Source: Candidatus Bilamarchaeaceae archaeon | GTDB lineage: Archaea > Micrarchaeota > Micrarchaeia > Anstonellales > Bilamarchaeaceae | Direction of reading: 5' to 3' | Assembly (NCBI GenBank): GCA_038870635.1 | Contig: JAVZJR010000001.1 | Location: 212,839 to 276,838, forward strand | Length of the DNA: 64,000 nucleotides | Shown: piece by piece, positions 7,514-17,143 of the stretch | Position numbering within the stretch: the first letter of the stretch is position 1 | How the letters are laid out: every line of letters starts with the position of its first letter | Notes under the pieces: model-generated | What the model was told of the DNA's origin: nothing | Databases searched by the model: none | What the model saw: the letters and a program-made list of their open reading frames with translations, nothing else | Position numbers and translations under genes: made by a program

Positions 7514-10500
7514 TTAAATTAATTCTGTCTTGTTTTTCATCTCACCCATCTCTAATTCGTCTGGTAGAAGCATGCCTTTGGTTGTTTTAGTCCTCAATGC
7601 AGTATCTAAAAGTGTTTTATAATCTTTTTCATTTCCTTTTTCCATATTCTTAATTATTAGAGGTAGGATAACACTATTTTCAAGTTCTTTTTGATAAACA
7701 TCAATGTTTTTATCTTCTATCAAAATCCTATCAAGTATTTTATTCGTCATATTTACATAGTTATCATACTTTTCAAGTAAATTAACTTTATTTCCAGCAT
7801 TTCTTGCAGGCTCTAATCTTTCATAATCTTTAAACAGAGAAGTTACATTACCAACTTCTACCCGGTATTGCTCAGGAATCTCTGCAAGTGCATCTTCCCT
7901 CACTGTTTTAGCAATATCATTATCTTTTACTTGTGACCAATAATTACTACCGATTTTTTGATTATCTGGTAGCTTATTATAAATATCAAATATATCTTGT
8001 GTTATTGGGTCATTTGGTGATAAACGTCTTTCTTTTCCTTCATCAATCGTGTATACTACTATTTTCTTTTCTTCACCAACCATCTCTTCACTTATTATAT
8101 AAACTTTTTTTGAAGTTGGATCAGTTAAAACATAACTTGTAATTTTTTCATCATCAGCACTAACTTTTGAAAAAATAAATGTGTCAACTCTATTTATTTT
8201 AGTTGATATTTGGACATCTTTTGGATCCTTTCCTATTTTATACTCCACTTCTCCGTCATCTACAATATAGCTTTTAACTCTTTTTCCTTCTTCATCAGGT
8301 ACTACTGTAATTTTAAAGCCCTCATCAGAAGTAAAAGAAATACCCTTATCAGTTTTTTCTGCATTTATAACAGGCGTAACTGTTTTACCATAATAAATTG
8401 CATCTACTTTATCATAGGGGTCCTCTGATCTAAAAGCAAAGTACTTTTTTAAGTTTTCAAGTTGTTCTTTCTCCTCCATAGCAGAAGAAAAAGATGGAGC
8501 ATTCCCATTTCTAAGAAGATCTTTAATATTTTCAATATTTTTATCTAGAGTTTTAACAACATCATTGCCAGTTTTCTCTAACTGTTTTTCTGCAGCATTA
8601 ATTTCTTTTAAAAGACTATTTATATTTTTCTGCATATTTAACTGTTCTTCTGTCAAAGGATGTTTTGCTTCAGCATAAGCAAGAGCTTCTTTTTGAGCAA
8701 TTAAGTACTCTTTTACATTTTTATAACCACCTTCTTGTATTTCCTTAGATAATTGTTCTGCACTTATTCCTAATTTTTTGGCGGTGTAATCAGCAGACAA
8801 AACTTCGGTAAACCTCTCACTAGCTGTGTTATAACTCTCCAGTGCTTTTGACAACTTTTCATCCTTCAAGTCCTTTGTTAGATTTCTAACATTTATTACT
8901 GCAGCTTCATCAATCGCCCGCACATCTTTTTCATCAATATTTTGAGATACGATGGACCTTATTTTTTCCTTTCCCACTTCTATTTCCCCTTTCACCAAAA
9001 CATTACCTATTTGGCGAAAAAAGCCTGCTTCTCTTTTATATTCTGCTAATTTATCGTTATATTTTCCTAATGCATCATTATATGCACCCACTGCAAAATC
9101 GCTTCTTTGGTTGACAACCTCTTCATAAACATTCTTTATTTTATCAAATTCAGCCCCACTTAATTTACCAGCCACACCATACACCACAATATTAGCTCCC
9201 TCTTTAGTTACTAAATATTTTTGATCCCCTATTGTGATAGAAAGATATCCAACAGTAGATATATTTTTCTCTTCAAGGTCCTTACTTAGAATAGATATCG
9301 TTTTGTTAAGTCTCTCATTGTCTTTGTCACCTCTAAAAGAAACTTTAATTTTGCCTTCTTCTTCATAAGTAATACTTCCATCAGAATTAATCGATATGAT
9401 AGTAATTGAACGGTCACCAACTTTAATTGTTTTTCCTTCTAAAGATTCCTCTTTTTTTTGGAGTTCAACAGAAACCTTTCCTTCTTTTGTGTCAAAAGTT
9501 TGTTTTATTTTCTTTTCATATTCTTCCAGGTCGTTTTTAATATCTAAGAGAAATGCTTTTTTGATTTTTATTTCAGCATTGGTAGTTAAACTTAGTTTGA
9601 AATCATTAAATTTTTCATCTACTTTCTTAAAGTCTACTAAACCAAAAGTTATTTTAGAAAATAATGTAAAAATTGGGCTCGCATATTCTTTTTCTTTTTC
9701 TTGAGAACCTAAATTTAGAGCAACACCTCCTGCTCCTCCTCCAACGCCGCCTTCTCTCCTAAAAGGAGAAATAACTACGTGAGCAGATTTCTCTAAAATT
9801 TGAACTCCAGCCTTTGCTGTAAGTTTACCAATGTCTACAAAGGTATCCTTAAGTGACATTTTTTTATCAAACGAAGAACTTATCGCCCCCCCTATATTAC
9901 CCAATCTTGAGATCGGAGAAACTATATTTTTTACTTCATCTTGGAACTTTTCTTTTGCCAACGTTCCATAAGCATCAAAGAATGAAGAACCGGCATCCAT
10001 CCTGGCTTTTATTTCTTTTATTTCATTAACAGCAGTAGCGGTACTTCTTATTGTGAATAAAACAGATGTTATAGTATAACCTGCTCCCCTACCACGACTA
10101 TCATATCTTATATGCTTTCCTACTCTTGCACCTCCAATATCAAAACCCCTGAGTGGATTTCTCCCAGTTAAGGCAAGACTCCCCCCCAGTAGCGCGAATA
10201 TTATCGCCAGAGGTAAGCAAAAAGCAGGCGTAGCTGTAATGTCTTTTTGAGGTTTGCAGTAGGAATAAAACTCAGTTGCTGGAAAAGCATGATAATTATA
10301 AATTATCTCAGTATCATAAGGATTATAAGCACCTTTAGCAAGTGGGATAGAACTAATAGTAAATGGAATATTTGGAAGGTGAACATTTATCCCGTTCAAC
10401 TCAAAACAGCATTTTCTTACTTCAGTGTCATTACAGGAACAAAAAAGAATCTGATAAGTGAAACAATCGTTTTTATATGAAGAGAAGTCGTAAGTTGCTA

Positions 10501-10750
10501 TTCCTTTTAAATCAGTAAATGTTTTTTCAAAAAAATGGTCTGAAGTGTTATACCGATGTATTATTATAGGTGTATTTACTAAGGGCGCATTGTTAGTTGC
10601 ATTATATAAATATATTTTTAGGATATAATTCGACTCATCGGAAACAACAAACATTTTTGTAGGTGTTAGGGTAGCTACTTCTTCACATTTTATACATTCT
10701 TCAGCAATAGAAAAGGAAAGCATCAATAACAAAAAAAATATTTTTCGCAT
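7514..10750 (-). CDS. Large single-pass membrane protein (signal peptide, small Cys-containing outer domain, TM, ~880-aa C-terminal region)
   Basis: MRKIFFLLLMLSFSIA signal; TM CLPLAIIFALLGGSLAL followed by GRNPLRGFD; Gly-rich and coiled-coil segments. Confidence 0.75.
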   Translation of the reverse strand: MRKIFFLLLMLSFSIAEECIKCEEVATLTPTKMFVVSDESNYILKIYLYNATNNAPLVNTPIIIHRYNTSDHFFEKTFTDLKGIATYDFSSYKNDCFTYQILFCSCNDTEVRKCCFELNGINVHLPNIPFTISSIPLAKGAYNPYDTEIIYNYHAFPATEFYSYCKPQKDITATPAFCLPLAIIFALLGGSLALTGRNPLRGFDIGGARVGKHIRYDSRGRGAGYTITSVLFTIRSTATAVNEIKEIKARMDAGSSFFDAYGTLAKEKFQDEVKNIVSPISRLGNIGGAISSSFDKKMSLKDTFVDIGKLTAKAGVQILEKSAHVVISPFRREGGVGGGAGGVALNLGSQEKEKEYASPIFTLFSKITFGLVDFKKVDEKFNDFKLSLTTNAEIKIKKAFLLDIKNDLEEYEKKIKQTFDTKEGKVSVELQKKEESLEGKTIKVGDRSITIISINSDGSITYEEEGKIKVSFRGDKDNERLNKTISILSKDLEEKNISTVGYLSITIGDQKYLVTKEGANIVVYGVAGKLSGAEFDKIKNVYEEVVNQRSDFAVGAYNDALGKYNDKLAEYKREAGFFRQIGNVLVKGEIEVGKEKIRSIVSQNIDEKDVRAIDEAAVINVRNLTKDLKDEKLSKALESYNTASERFTEVLSADYTAKKLGISAEQLSKEIQEGGYKNVKEYLIAQKEALAYAEAKHPLTEEQLNMQKNINSLLKEINAAEKQLEKTGNDVVKTLDKNIENIKDLLRNGNAPSFSSAMEEKEQLENLKKYFAFRSEDPYDKVDAIYYGKTVTPVINAEKTDKGISFTSDEGFKITVVPDEEGKRVKSYIVDDGEVEYKIGKDPKDVQISTKINRVDTFIFSKVSADDEKITSYVLTDPTSKKVYIISEEMVGEEKKIVVYTIDEGKERRLSPNDPITQDIFDIYNKLPDNQKIGSNYWSQVKDNDIAKTVREDALAEIPEQYRVEVGNVTSLFKDYERLEPARNAGNKVNLLEKYDNYVNMTNKILDRILIEDKNIDVYQKELENSVILPLIIKNMEKGNEKDYKTLLDTALRTKTTKGMLLPDELEMGEMKNKTELI

Positions 10751-10800
10751 AAATAATTTTGTTTAGTTAAATTTTAAATATTTAAGTGAGTATTGGAGTT
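10751..10800. promoter_or_regulatory. Shared divergent promoter region with palindromic TATA-like box
   Basis: 50-bp gap between divergent starts; perfect palindrome TTAAATATTTAA at 10774-10785 roughly 20-30 bp from both ATGs; GGAG before ATG 10801. Confidence 0.5.
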
Positions 10801-12078
10801 ATGCGGTACCTGGCAGCATTCCTATTAACAATAGCTCTTTCTTTTGCTCAATCATGTTCACCTATAGGCACAGTGACAAATTATTTAACAAATGAGTTTA
10901 TGTCACTTTTCTTTATTACTTTGGTAATTACTGTGATTCTTCTTGCACTTATAAAAAACTTCTCTGGTCTTATAAATATGCCACAACTTGATGCATGGAT
11001 AAAAAACGAATTAAGAGAAGTAATAGTAACTGTAATTCTTTTTGTCATCATTGTTTCATCTTTTGGTGCTTTAGATTTAATTGTAAAAGCTATAACAAAT
11101 GTGGATTGTACAAGAGATGCTGCACTAAAAGCAGTCGATGGAATGGTAGAAAGGTATGATACTGCCTATCAATCTCTAATCAAAGCAATGACAAGACTAA
11201 GATTTATATCTTCCTATTCATCCTATGCATCATTAGGATTTATACTATATACAGGGATGTCAAATGCAAAATATGCAGGAGTTTACCCACTTATTAATTC
11301 GCTCTCAATGGCTGCATCCGGTTTAACTAATGGGGTATTTTTATATATGGCTATAGAAAAACTCCTAAATTTTTTTTATGTAACGATGCCAATGCTAATC
11401 CCTATTTCATTTTCTCTTCGAGCTTTTCCATTAACAAGAAGTATAGGAAATACTCTCATAGCCATTTGTATAGGACTTGTAATATTCTTTCCGCTATCAG
11501 TAATTTTAGTTGCCCAACTCAATAATATTGTAGGAGTACCAACACCCGAGATACCAAAAAATGAATTATCTGATTTGGTTGGTGGAGAACCTGGCTGGTT
11601 GATGAAAGTAGGAATTGCTGTTGCTACATCTGGCTTAGGTGAAGCAAAAGAAGGAGGTTTAGCCTCCTCTCTTCTTTCACCAGTGTGTAAAAATATGGTA
11701 ACGAGATTTGTATTTAATGTAGGTGAATATCCGTTTGGGCTCGTTGTTTGTCTACCTTTTTTAATTGCAATAGTAACAGCTCCATTTTATCCGACTTGTG
11801 TAGAAATAACGGCGAATATAATCTACCCAGCTTTAGCAGCATTAGCTAGTCTTGGTCTCGCAGCGCTTATAATGGTTGTTGATCATTTTACATTAAATTT
11901 TGATCCTGAAAAAGCTTTTAACATAATTTATGTTTTTCTTAGAGATGTCAACATATTAGTCGTTATTTCTTATGTAAATGTATTATTAATCGGATTAATA
12001 ACAATAAGTGGGATTAGATCAATATCAGCAACATTGGGAGGGGAATTATACCTCCCAGGAGTGGAGAAGTTGATATGA
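10801..12078 (+). CDS. Multi-pass membrane protein, paralog 1 of 6 (CedA/VirB6-like, inferred)
   Basis: Signal peptide; LDAWIKNELREV; LRAFPLTRSIGNTLIAICIGLVIFFP; C-terminal IRSISATLGGE. Confidence 0.75.
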   Translation: MRYLAAFLLTIALSFAQSCSPIGTVTNYLTNEFMSLFFITLVITVILLALIKNFSGLINMPQLDAWIKNELREVIVTVILFVIIVSSFGALDLIVKAITNVDCTRDAALKAVDGMVERYDTAYQSLIKAMTRLRFISSYSSYASLGFILYTGMSNAKYAGVYPLINSLSMAASGLTNGVFLYMAIEKLLNFFYVTMPMLIPISFSLRAFPLTRSIGNTLIAICIGLVIFFPLSVILVAQLNNIVGVPTPEIPKNELSDLVGGEPGWLMKVGIAVATSGLGEAKEGGLASSLLSPVCKNMVTRFVFNVGEYPFGLVVCLPFLIAIVTAPFYPTCVEITANIIYPALAALASLGLAALIMVVDHFTLNFDPEKAFNIIYVFLRDVNILVVISYVNVLLIGLITISGIRSISATLGGELYLPGVEKLI

Positions 12079-13046
12079 AAAAGACACTATTTACCCTTCT
12101 TTTAATTTCAGTGTTGTTTGCGCAATGCGAAAAAGATGTCTTAAATATAGTTTTATCAGAACAAGGAACGCTTATCTCGTTAGTAATAATAATAAGCGTC
12201 ATAGGCATCGCCTTGTTATATACTTTTGGTAAATTTGCTGAGAAACCAGAATATATTGTACTGGCAAAAGACGAGCTTTATCATTTATTTTTTTCAGCGG
12301 TCTTGTTAATCGCGTTTGGCGGGATTATTTTTTTCGGTTGTTTATTATCTTCTACTATTATAGATTTTGGAAAAGACAATCTTCAAATAAAACATCCTTG
12401 CTTGGCACAATTAAATGCAAACAATGTTGCATTGTGTAGCCTTATTTCTATTGAAAAAGAAATAGATAGCATAGTATATGCGCTTACAAAACAACAATTA
12501 ACTTACTTACAAGATGCAGGATGGGCGTATAGTGCGGGTGATATTATAAAAGGAGAAACAAAAACAACTTCCATGGAAGCATATAAACGAGTTTACGCAA
12601 GTGAAATAGACATTTTACTCACTACTTATCTTTTCCCTGCAAGATTAGCCATCACAATGCAAAAAACTGCAATAACACTAATAAATGATTCTATAATTCA
12701 ATGGATTTTACCAATCGCATTTCTTTTCAGATTTTTCCCACCTTTCCGCTCAGCAGGGAATATTCTTTTAGGTATATGCTTAGCACTTTATGTACTATTT
12801 CCTTTCTTTTTAGTTTTTAATTTCCTCATGTATTATTCAGTCTTTGATGATTGCCATAAATATGCCAACATATTCGAAGATAAACCGTTAGATAAAGAAA
12901 TTGGTTCCACTGTGTGTACATCACCAATATCCATGTGGAACGTAGCGCGTTTTATTCCAATTGCCTTCTTCCTTCCTAACCTTGCAATCGCGCTCACAAT
13001 AACTTTCATTTTTGCAATTGATAGGGCTTTAAGGGTGATTGGCTGA
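12075..13046 (+). CDS. Multi-pass membrane protein, paralog 2 of 6
   Basis: ATGA overlap; LAKDELYHL; FRFFPPFRSAGNILLGICLALYVLFP. Confidence 0.75.
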   Translation: MKKTLFTLLLISVLFAQCEKDVLNIVLSEQGTLISLVIIISVIGIALLYTFGKFAEKPEYIVLAKDELYHLFFSAVLLIAFGGIIFFGCLLSSTIIDFGKDNLQIKHPCLAQLNANNVALCSLISIEKEIDSIVYALTKQQLTYLQDAGWAYSAGDIIKGETKTTSMEAYKRVYASEIDILLTTYLFPARLAITMQKTAITLINDSIIQWILPIAFLFRFFPPFRSAGNILLGICLALYVLFPFFLVFNFLMYYSVFDDCHKYANIFEDKPLDKEIGSTVCTSPISMWNVARFIPIAFFLPNLAIALTITFIFAIDRALRVIG

Positions 13047-15136
13047 AAAAAATAATTTTGTTTTTGTTTATTTTTTTAATTGCGTTGGTAGGTGCACAGA
13101 ATAGTTTACAGTGTAATGGAAAAGATACAGAGGATCCATGTGCGTACCTTTCACCTCAATTATGCCAAGCGCTTAAATATTTTGAAGATTGGAAAGTAGC
13201 GGCACTTTTGGCATTAATAATCTCCACCCTAATAGTAGCCATAGCTTATATGATGGGTGCTGGCTTTGAGATGCCTGATTTAAAAGCATGGGCGACCAAT
13301 GAAATTTCACAACTAATAGCTACAGCTATAATAATTGCTGCGGTTATAGGCGTATTTACACTCCTCGATGGTATTGTTTTATTAATAGTCCAAGAGAGCA
13401 GAGTACCTAATTTAAGCTGCGCTATCGGTGAGAACTGCCTTAATAAAACTGCTTCTTTTTATCTTGACGATTACATATCAACAGCTAAAGAAGGTGCTTT
13501 GGAAGCATACAAAAAAGTAATTGAGGAAATTCAAACTACAACTACAAGGTACAATATCTATTGCAGTCAAGTAATTACACCTATACCATGCTTGCAAATC
13601 GGGAGCTCTATACCACGTGAAGGAGTAGGGAATGCGATTTTAAATAGTGAAAGAGAAACAATAGTATATGAGTATTACCAGGGGCTTTTGGCCTCGATGG
13701 AGGCTCAAAAATTCTTTGTTTCTAAAGTTGCGTTTGGGGTAGGACCGCTACTTTTGGCTATGGGTGTATTAGGTCGTGCGTTTTTCTTCACACGTCGTTT
13801 AGGCGGCCTCTTAATTGCAGTAGCGATAGGGATAATGTTTGTTTTTCCATTGATGTATATATTTGACTGGCTAACAATGCAGTTAACACTTTATGGAGAT
13901 TTGCCTTTTTCTGGATTTAGTTCTAATTGTCCTCTTGAATGCCAAAAAACAATTCCTGTTGCGTACATGGATACGACAGGTAAATTCGGCGGCGCCATCA
14001 CAGTTCAATTCAATAATACTGGTGAACTGATGAACCTCATATTTGATGAAATTAATAGAACAAAAAAATGTAGTGAAAAGCAAAATATGAAAGAAGCAAG
14101 TGAAATTGCAGCAAAACTAACAAGTGGTGAAATAGAAAAATATATTTTACCATATAGTAAGAAAACCATCGTATCTTGTGAAGGCGAAGCAAGCAAAGCA
14201 GTTGTAAAATTTACAAGTAAAAAAATGTGCATAGCAGAAGGGGAATCAGAAGATGAAATAGACTATTCCCTAAGCAAAAAAAAGGAAGACTGTCCAGAAG
14301 AAGATGAAGAAAAAAACTATACATGTCCATTGCAGTGTAGGGTGTTACCATACCCCTATTGGATACCAAAATGTGCAGAATATGGCACTCAGTTAGCTTG
14401 TAGCAAGCTTACTGAAAAATGCAAAATAATTAGATTTGTAGAGAAAGTTGATACTTTTCAGAACAATAGTTGCCCCGCAGAGTGTAAAATAATTCCACCA
14501 TTAAAAAATGACTGTAGTTCAGCAGCTATTATGACTTCTTTTTGTCCAGCCAGAATGGAAAGCCCATGTACAGTAGATGCTTGTCTTGACTCTCGTTTTG
14601 ATTGCCGTTCAAAGTATAGAACAAAAGGAACGCCATTTAAGGATTGGTTTGAGAAGCTAACATCAACATCTAAGGAAAATCCAGAAGTTGCTCTCATAGC
14701 ATTAGAGAAGTGTAGTTTTGCTACCACATGTGCAGGTTTCGATTTTAAAGCAGATAACACAAATAATTACAAAAACACGTTGGATATAGCTAAAAAAAGT
14801 TGTATTTATATATACCCAGATCCTAATAACCCATCGTGCAGTGGTTGTGTATTCACAGAAAAAGCATATCTTTACGATCCGGTAATACGACCAGATGATG
14901 AATGCAAAGATTTGTGCTCTTCTAAACCAACAGGAAAAAAACAGACAGGAGCAAATGCACCTTTGCTCGTAGAAGGTAACGTAGGACCAACTATTCTTAC
15001 TGATGTAGCCAAACTACTAGTACCTGTGTACCTATTACCTTTATTTAACATACTTGTAACTGTAATGTTTATTCGTTCCTTCTCAAGATTCTTAGGCGGT
15101 GATATAGAGATACCTGGATTGGCGAAGGTGTTGTAA
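13043..15136 (+). CDS. Multi-pass membrane protein, paralog 3 of 6, with large Cys-rich insertion; probable CTG start
   Basis: LKAWATNEISQL; GRAFFFTRRLGGLLIAVAIGIMFVFP; C-terminal IRSFSRFLGGD; track start is TTG 13058, CTG 13043 follows a GGTGA RBS. Confidence 0.75.
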   Translation: MKKIILFLFIFLIALVGAQNSLQCNGKDTEDPCAYLSPQLCQALKYFEDWKVAALLALIISTLIVAIAYMMGAGFEMPDLKAWATNEISQLIATAIIIAAVIGVFTLLDGIVLLIVQESRVPNLSCAIGENCLNKTASFYLDDYISTAKEGALEAYKKVIEEIQTTTTRYNIYCSQVITPIPCLQIGSSIPREGVGNAILNSERETIVYEYYQGLLASMEAQKFFVSKVAFGVGPLLLAMGVLGRAFFFTRRLGGLLIAVAIGIMFVFPLMYIFDWLTMQLTLYGDLPFSGFSSNCPLECQKTIPVAYMDTTGKFGGAITVQFNNTGELMNLIFDEINRTKKCSEKQNMKEASEIAAKLTSGEIEKYILPYSKKTIVSCEGEASKAVVKFTSKKMCIAEGESEDEIDYSLSKKKEDCPEEDEEKNYTCPLQCRVLPYPYWIPKCAEYGTQLACSKLTEKCKIIRFVEKVDTFQNNSCPAECKIIPPLKNDCSSAAIMTSFCPARMESPCTVDACLDSRFDCRSKYRTKGTPFKDWFEKLTSTSKENPEVALIALEKCSFATTCAGFDFKADNTNNYKNTLDIAKKSCIYIYPDPNNPSCSGCVFTEKAYLYDPVIRPDDECKDLCSSKPTGKKQTGANAPLLVEGNVGPTILTDVAKLLVPVYLLPLFNILVTVMFIRSFSRFLGGDIEIPGLAKVL

Positions 15137-16098
15137 TGAAAAAAATAATTATTTTGTTACTTTTGATTTTACTCGCGTATGCGGCAAACCCTAGTCAAAA
15201 ATTCCAAAAACCACTTCTCATAGAAACGGGTGCGACTGCAATAATTTTCTCTACATTAATATTAACACTTCTATATATGATAGGGCATGGGTTCAACATA
15301 CAAACACTTGTAATGAGCAGTAAAGACGAATTATACCACCTTATAATATCAATCATTTTGCTTGGAAGTTTTGTTTTAATCTCTCTATCTCTAGATAGTT
15401 TTATTGGCGGTAACGGCCTGTGGTGGGATGCTAGTAGCAAAATAGAGAAGGTTTCCTTAGGATTTAGAGTGATATTAAGTGGCATCCATTCTTTTGAAAA
15501 TGTAGCGATAGAAGGAACAGAAACATTAAGTTGCCAGTTTTTCAGTGCATCGTTAACAATGTCTCCTTGTGGTGGCTACTCCGCTCTCACACCGCCAGCA
15601 AACACAGCCAACTCCATACTTAGCATGGTTTTAGTTTCTTATTATGTAATACAAAATTTGTTATTGTTAGGTGTAGGCCCTGGTATAAATATTATATTCC
15701 CTCTTGGAATATTTTTTTACTCTTTTAAGTTCACAAGACCAGCTGGCTCGGTTTTAATTGCAATAGCATTTTCTTTATATGTTTTATTACCATTAATGAT
15801 AATAGTTGTAGAAGGAATTTATGACAAATATACACAAAACATAACAATTTCCAGTAAAGCACCTGAAGCGAAGGTAATAGGATGTACTGCAGACGATAGA
15901 ATTTCAACAAGTGAAAACAATGCTTTGGAGACTTATAAAAATATGAAAAAATTTTTAGAGTATCACATGGAAGTAGTGCTAATAAAAGGTTTAATCTTTC
16001 CAATAGTCTATATACTTTCATTAGCTGCTGGAATAAGAGGAATCGCGGCTGTTGCAGGTATTGAGGTGGACGTATCTGCGATATCGAGGTTGATGTGA
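15136..16098 (+). CDS. Multi-pass membrane protein, paralog 4 of 6
   Basis: TAATG overlap; SSKDELYHL; FYSFKFTRPAGSVLIAIAFSLYVLLP; C-terminal IRGIAAVAGIE. Confidence 0.75.
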   Translation: MKKIIILLLLILLAYAANPSQKFQKPLLIETGATAIIFSTLILTLLYMIGHGFNIQTLVMSSKDELYHLIISIILLGSFVLISLSLDSFIGGNGLWWDASSKIEKVSLGFRVILSGIHSFENVAIEGTETLSCQFFSASLTMSPCGGYSALTPPANTANSILSMVLVSYYVIQNLLLLGVGPGINIIFPLGIFFYSFKFTRPAGSVLIAIAFSLYVLLPLMIIVVEGIYDKYTQNITISSKAPEAKVIGCTADDRISTSENNALETYKNMKKFLEYHMEVVLIKGLIFPIVYILSLAAGIRGIAAVAGIEVDVSAISRLM

Positions 16099-17141
16099 TG
16101 GTTGGAGTTTGTGAAGGTTTTCTTGCTGGCGGCGGTATAATATACAACTCCATCCTTCCACTTGCAGGTTTTGCTGCGCTTATTACAATAATTGCTATAG
16201 TAATTGCGTATTATATAGGAACATTTATAGATAACCCAAAAGTAACAGTTTGGGCAAAAACAGAGATTGTACAGGTTTTTATTTCAGTATTGGCGGTTAT
16301 TATAATAATCGCAGGCATGCAATCTTTTTGTGCAATAGATTCTGGTGCTATAAGAGAAATTGTTGGGAGTAAAAACAACATAAAAGGAAACATCTTTGAT
16401 GAAGCTGAAAGTTATTTAGTTAATACTACTTCGTATGGCCACTATGCTATGGGTGTAACAAGATACTATCTTTCAGCATATGCTATTTTTATATATAGAT
16501 ATACTTTCTCCTGTGATTTATGGGGACTAGGTTGTCTTTTTGGTGGAAGCGGAACTTCGTACTCCAGTTTAGCTAATTATGGTGGTAAATATGGTTCATT
16601 AAATATGCTTTTTGGATCGACAGTCCTATATTTTCTAACTTCTGCAAATATGTTGTTTATTTTATTATTCACTTACAAAGGATTTATTCTTTTTTTCTTA
16701 CCTCTTGCCATCATCATTCGTTCTCTTCCATATTTACGATCGCTCGGGTCGGTTTTAATAGCTATATGCATTTCTTTTTTTCTCGTCTATCCGCTTGTCC
16801 TTTCAGTATTTTCTGTTGCAACGGACAACCTGTTTTACAAGCCGATTGTTTTAAAAGAAGAAAAATTCGAATCAAAGAGCGGCTCAAGTGAATTATTTTA
16901 TGGCTCGATACTAGGAGCTCTTGGTACCTCTGTTTATACAAATGACAACGTCCTGAAAGAAGATTTATTTGTTAATGGAAAGGATGACTACATTGAAGTA
17001 TTAAAGATAATAGCTACTGCTTTCGTTATATCTTTTGTTCTTCCTTCCTTAGCACTTGCGATAACACTTGCAAGCATTAGATATTTCGGAAGACTATATG
17101 GTGAGGATGTTGATTTAAGTAGATTATCACAATTGGTGTAA
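16098..17141 (+). CDS. Multi-pass membrane protein, paralog 5 of 6
   Basis: TGATG overlap; VWAKTEIVQV; IRSLPYLRSLGSVLIAICISFFLVYP; C-terminal IRYFGRLYGED. Confidence 0.75.
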   Translation: MVGVCEGFLAGGGIIYNSILPLAGFAALITIIAIVIAYYIGTFIDNPKVTVWAKTEIVQVFISVLAVIIIIAGMQSFCAIDSGAIREIVGSKNNIKGNIFDEAESYLVNTTSYGHYAMGVTRYYLSAYAIFIYRYTFSCDLWGLGCLFGGSGTSYSSLANYGGKYGSLNMLFGSTVLYFLTSANMLFILLFTYKGFILFFLPLAIIIRSLPYLRSLGSVLIAICISFFLVYPLVLSVFSVATDNLFYKPIVLKEEKFESKSGSSELFYGSILGALGTSVYTNDNVLKEDLFVNGKDDYIEVLKIIATAFVISFVLPSLALAITLASIRYFGRLYGEDVDLSRLSQLV

Positions 17142-17143
17142 TT

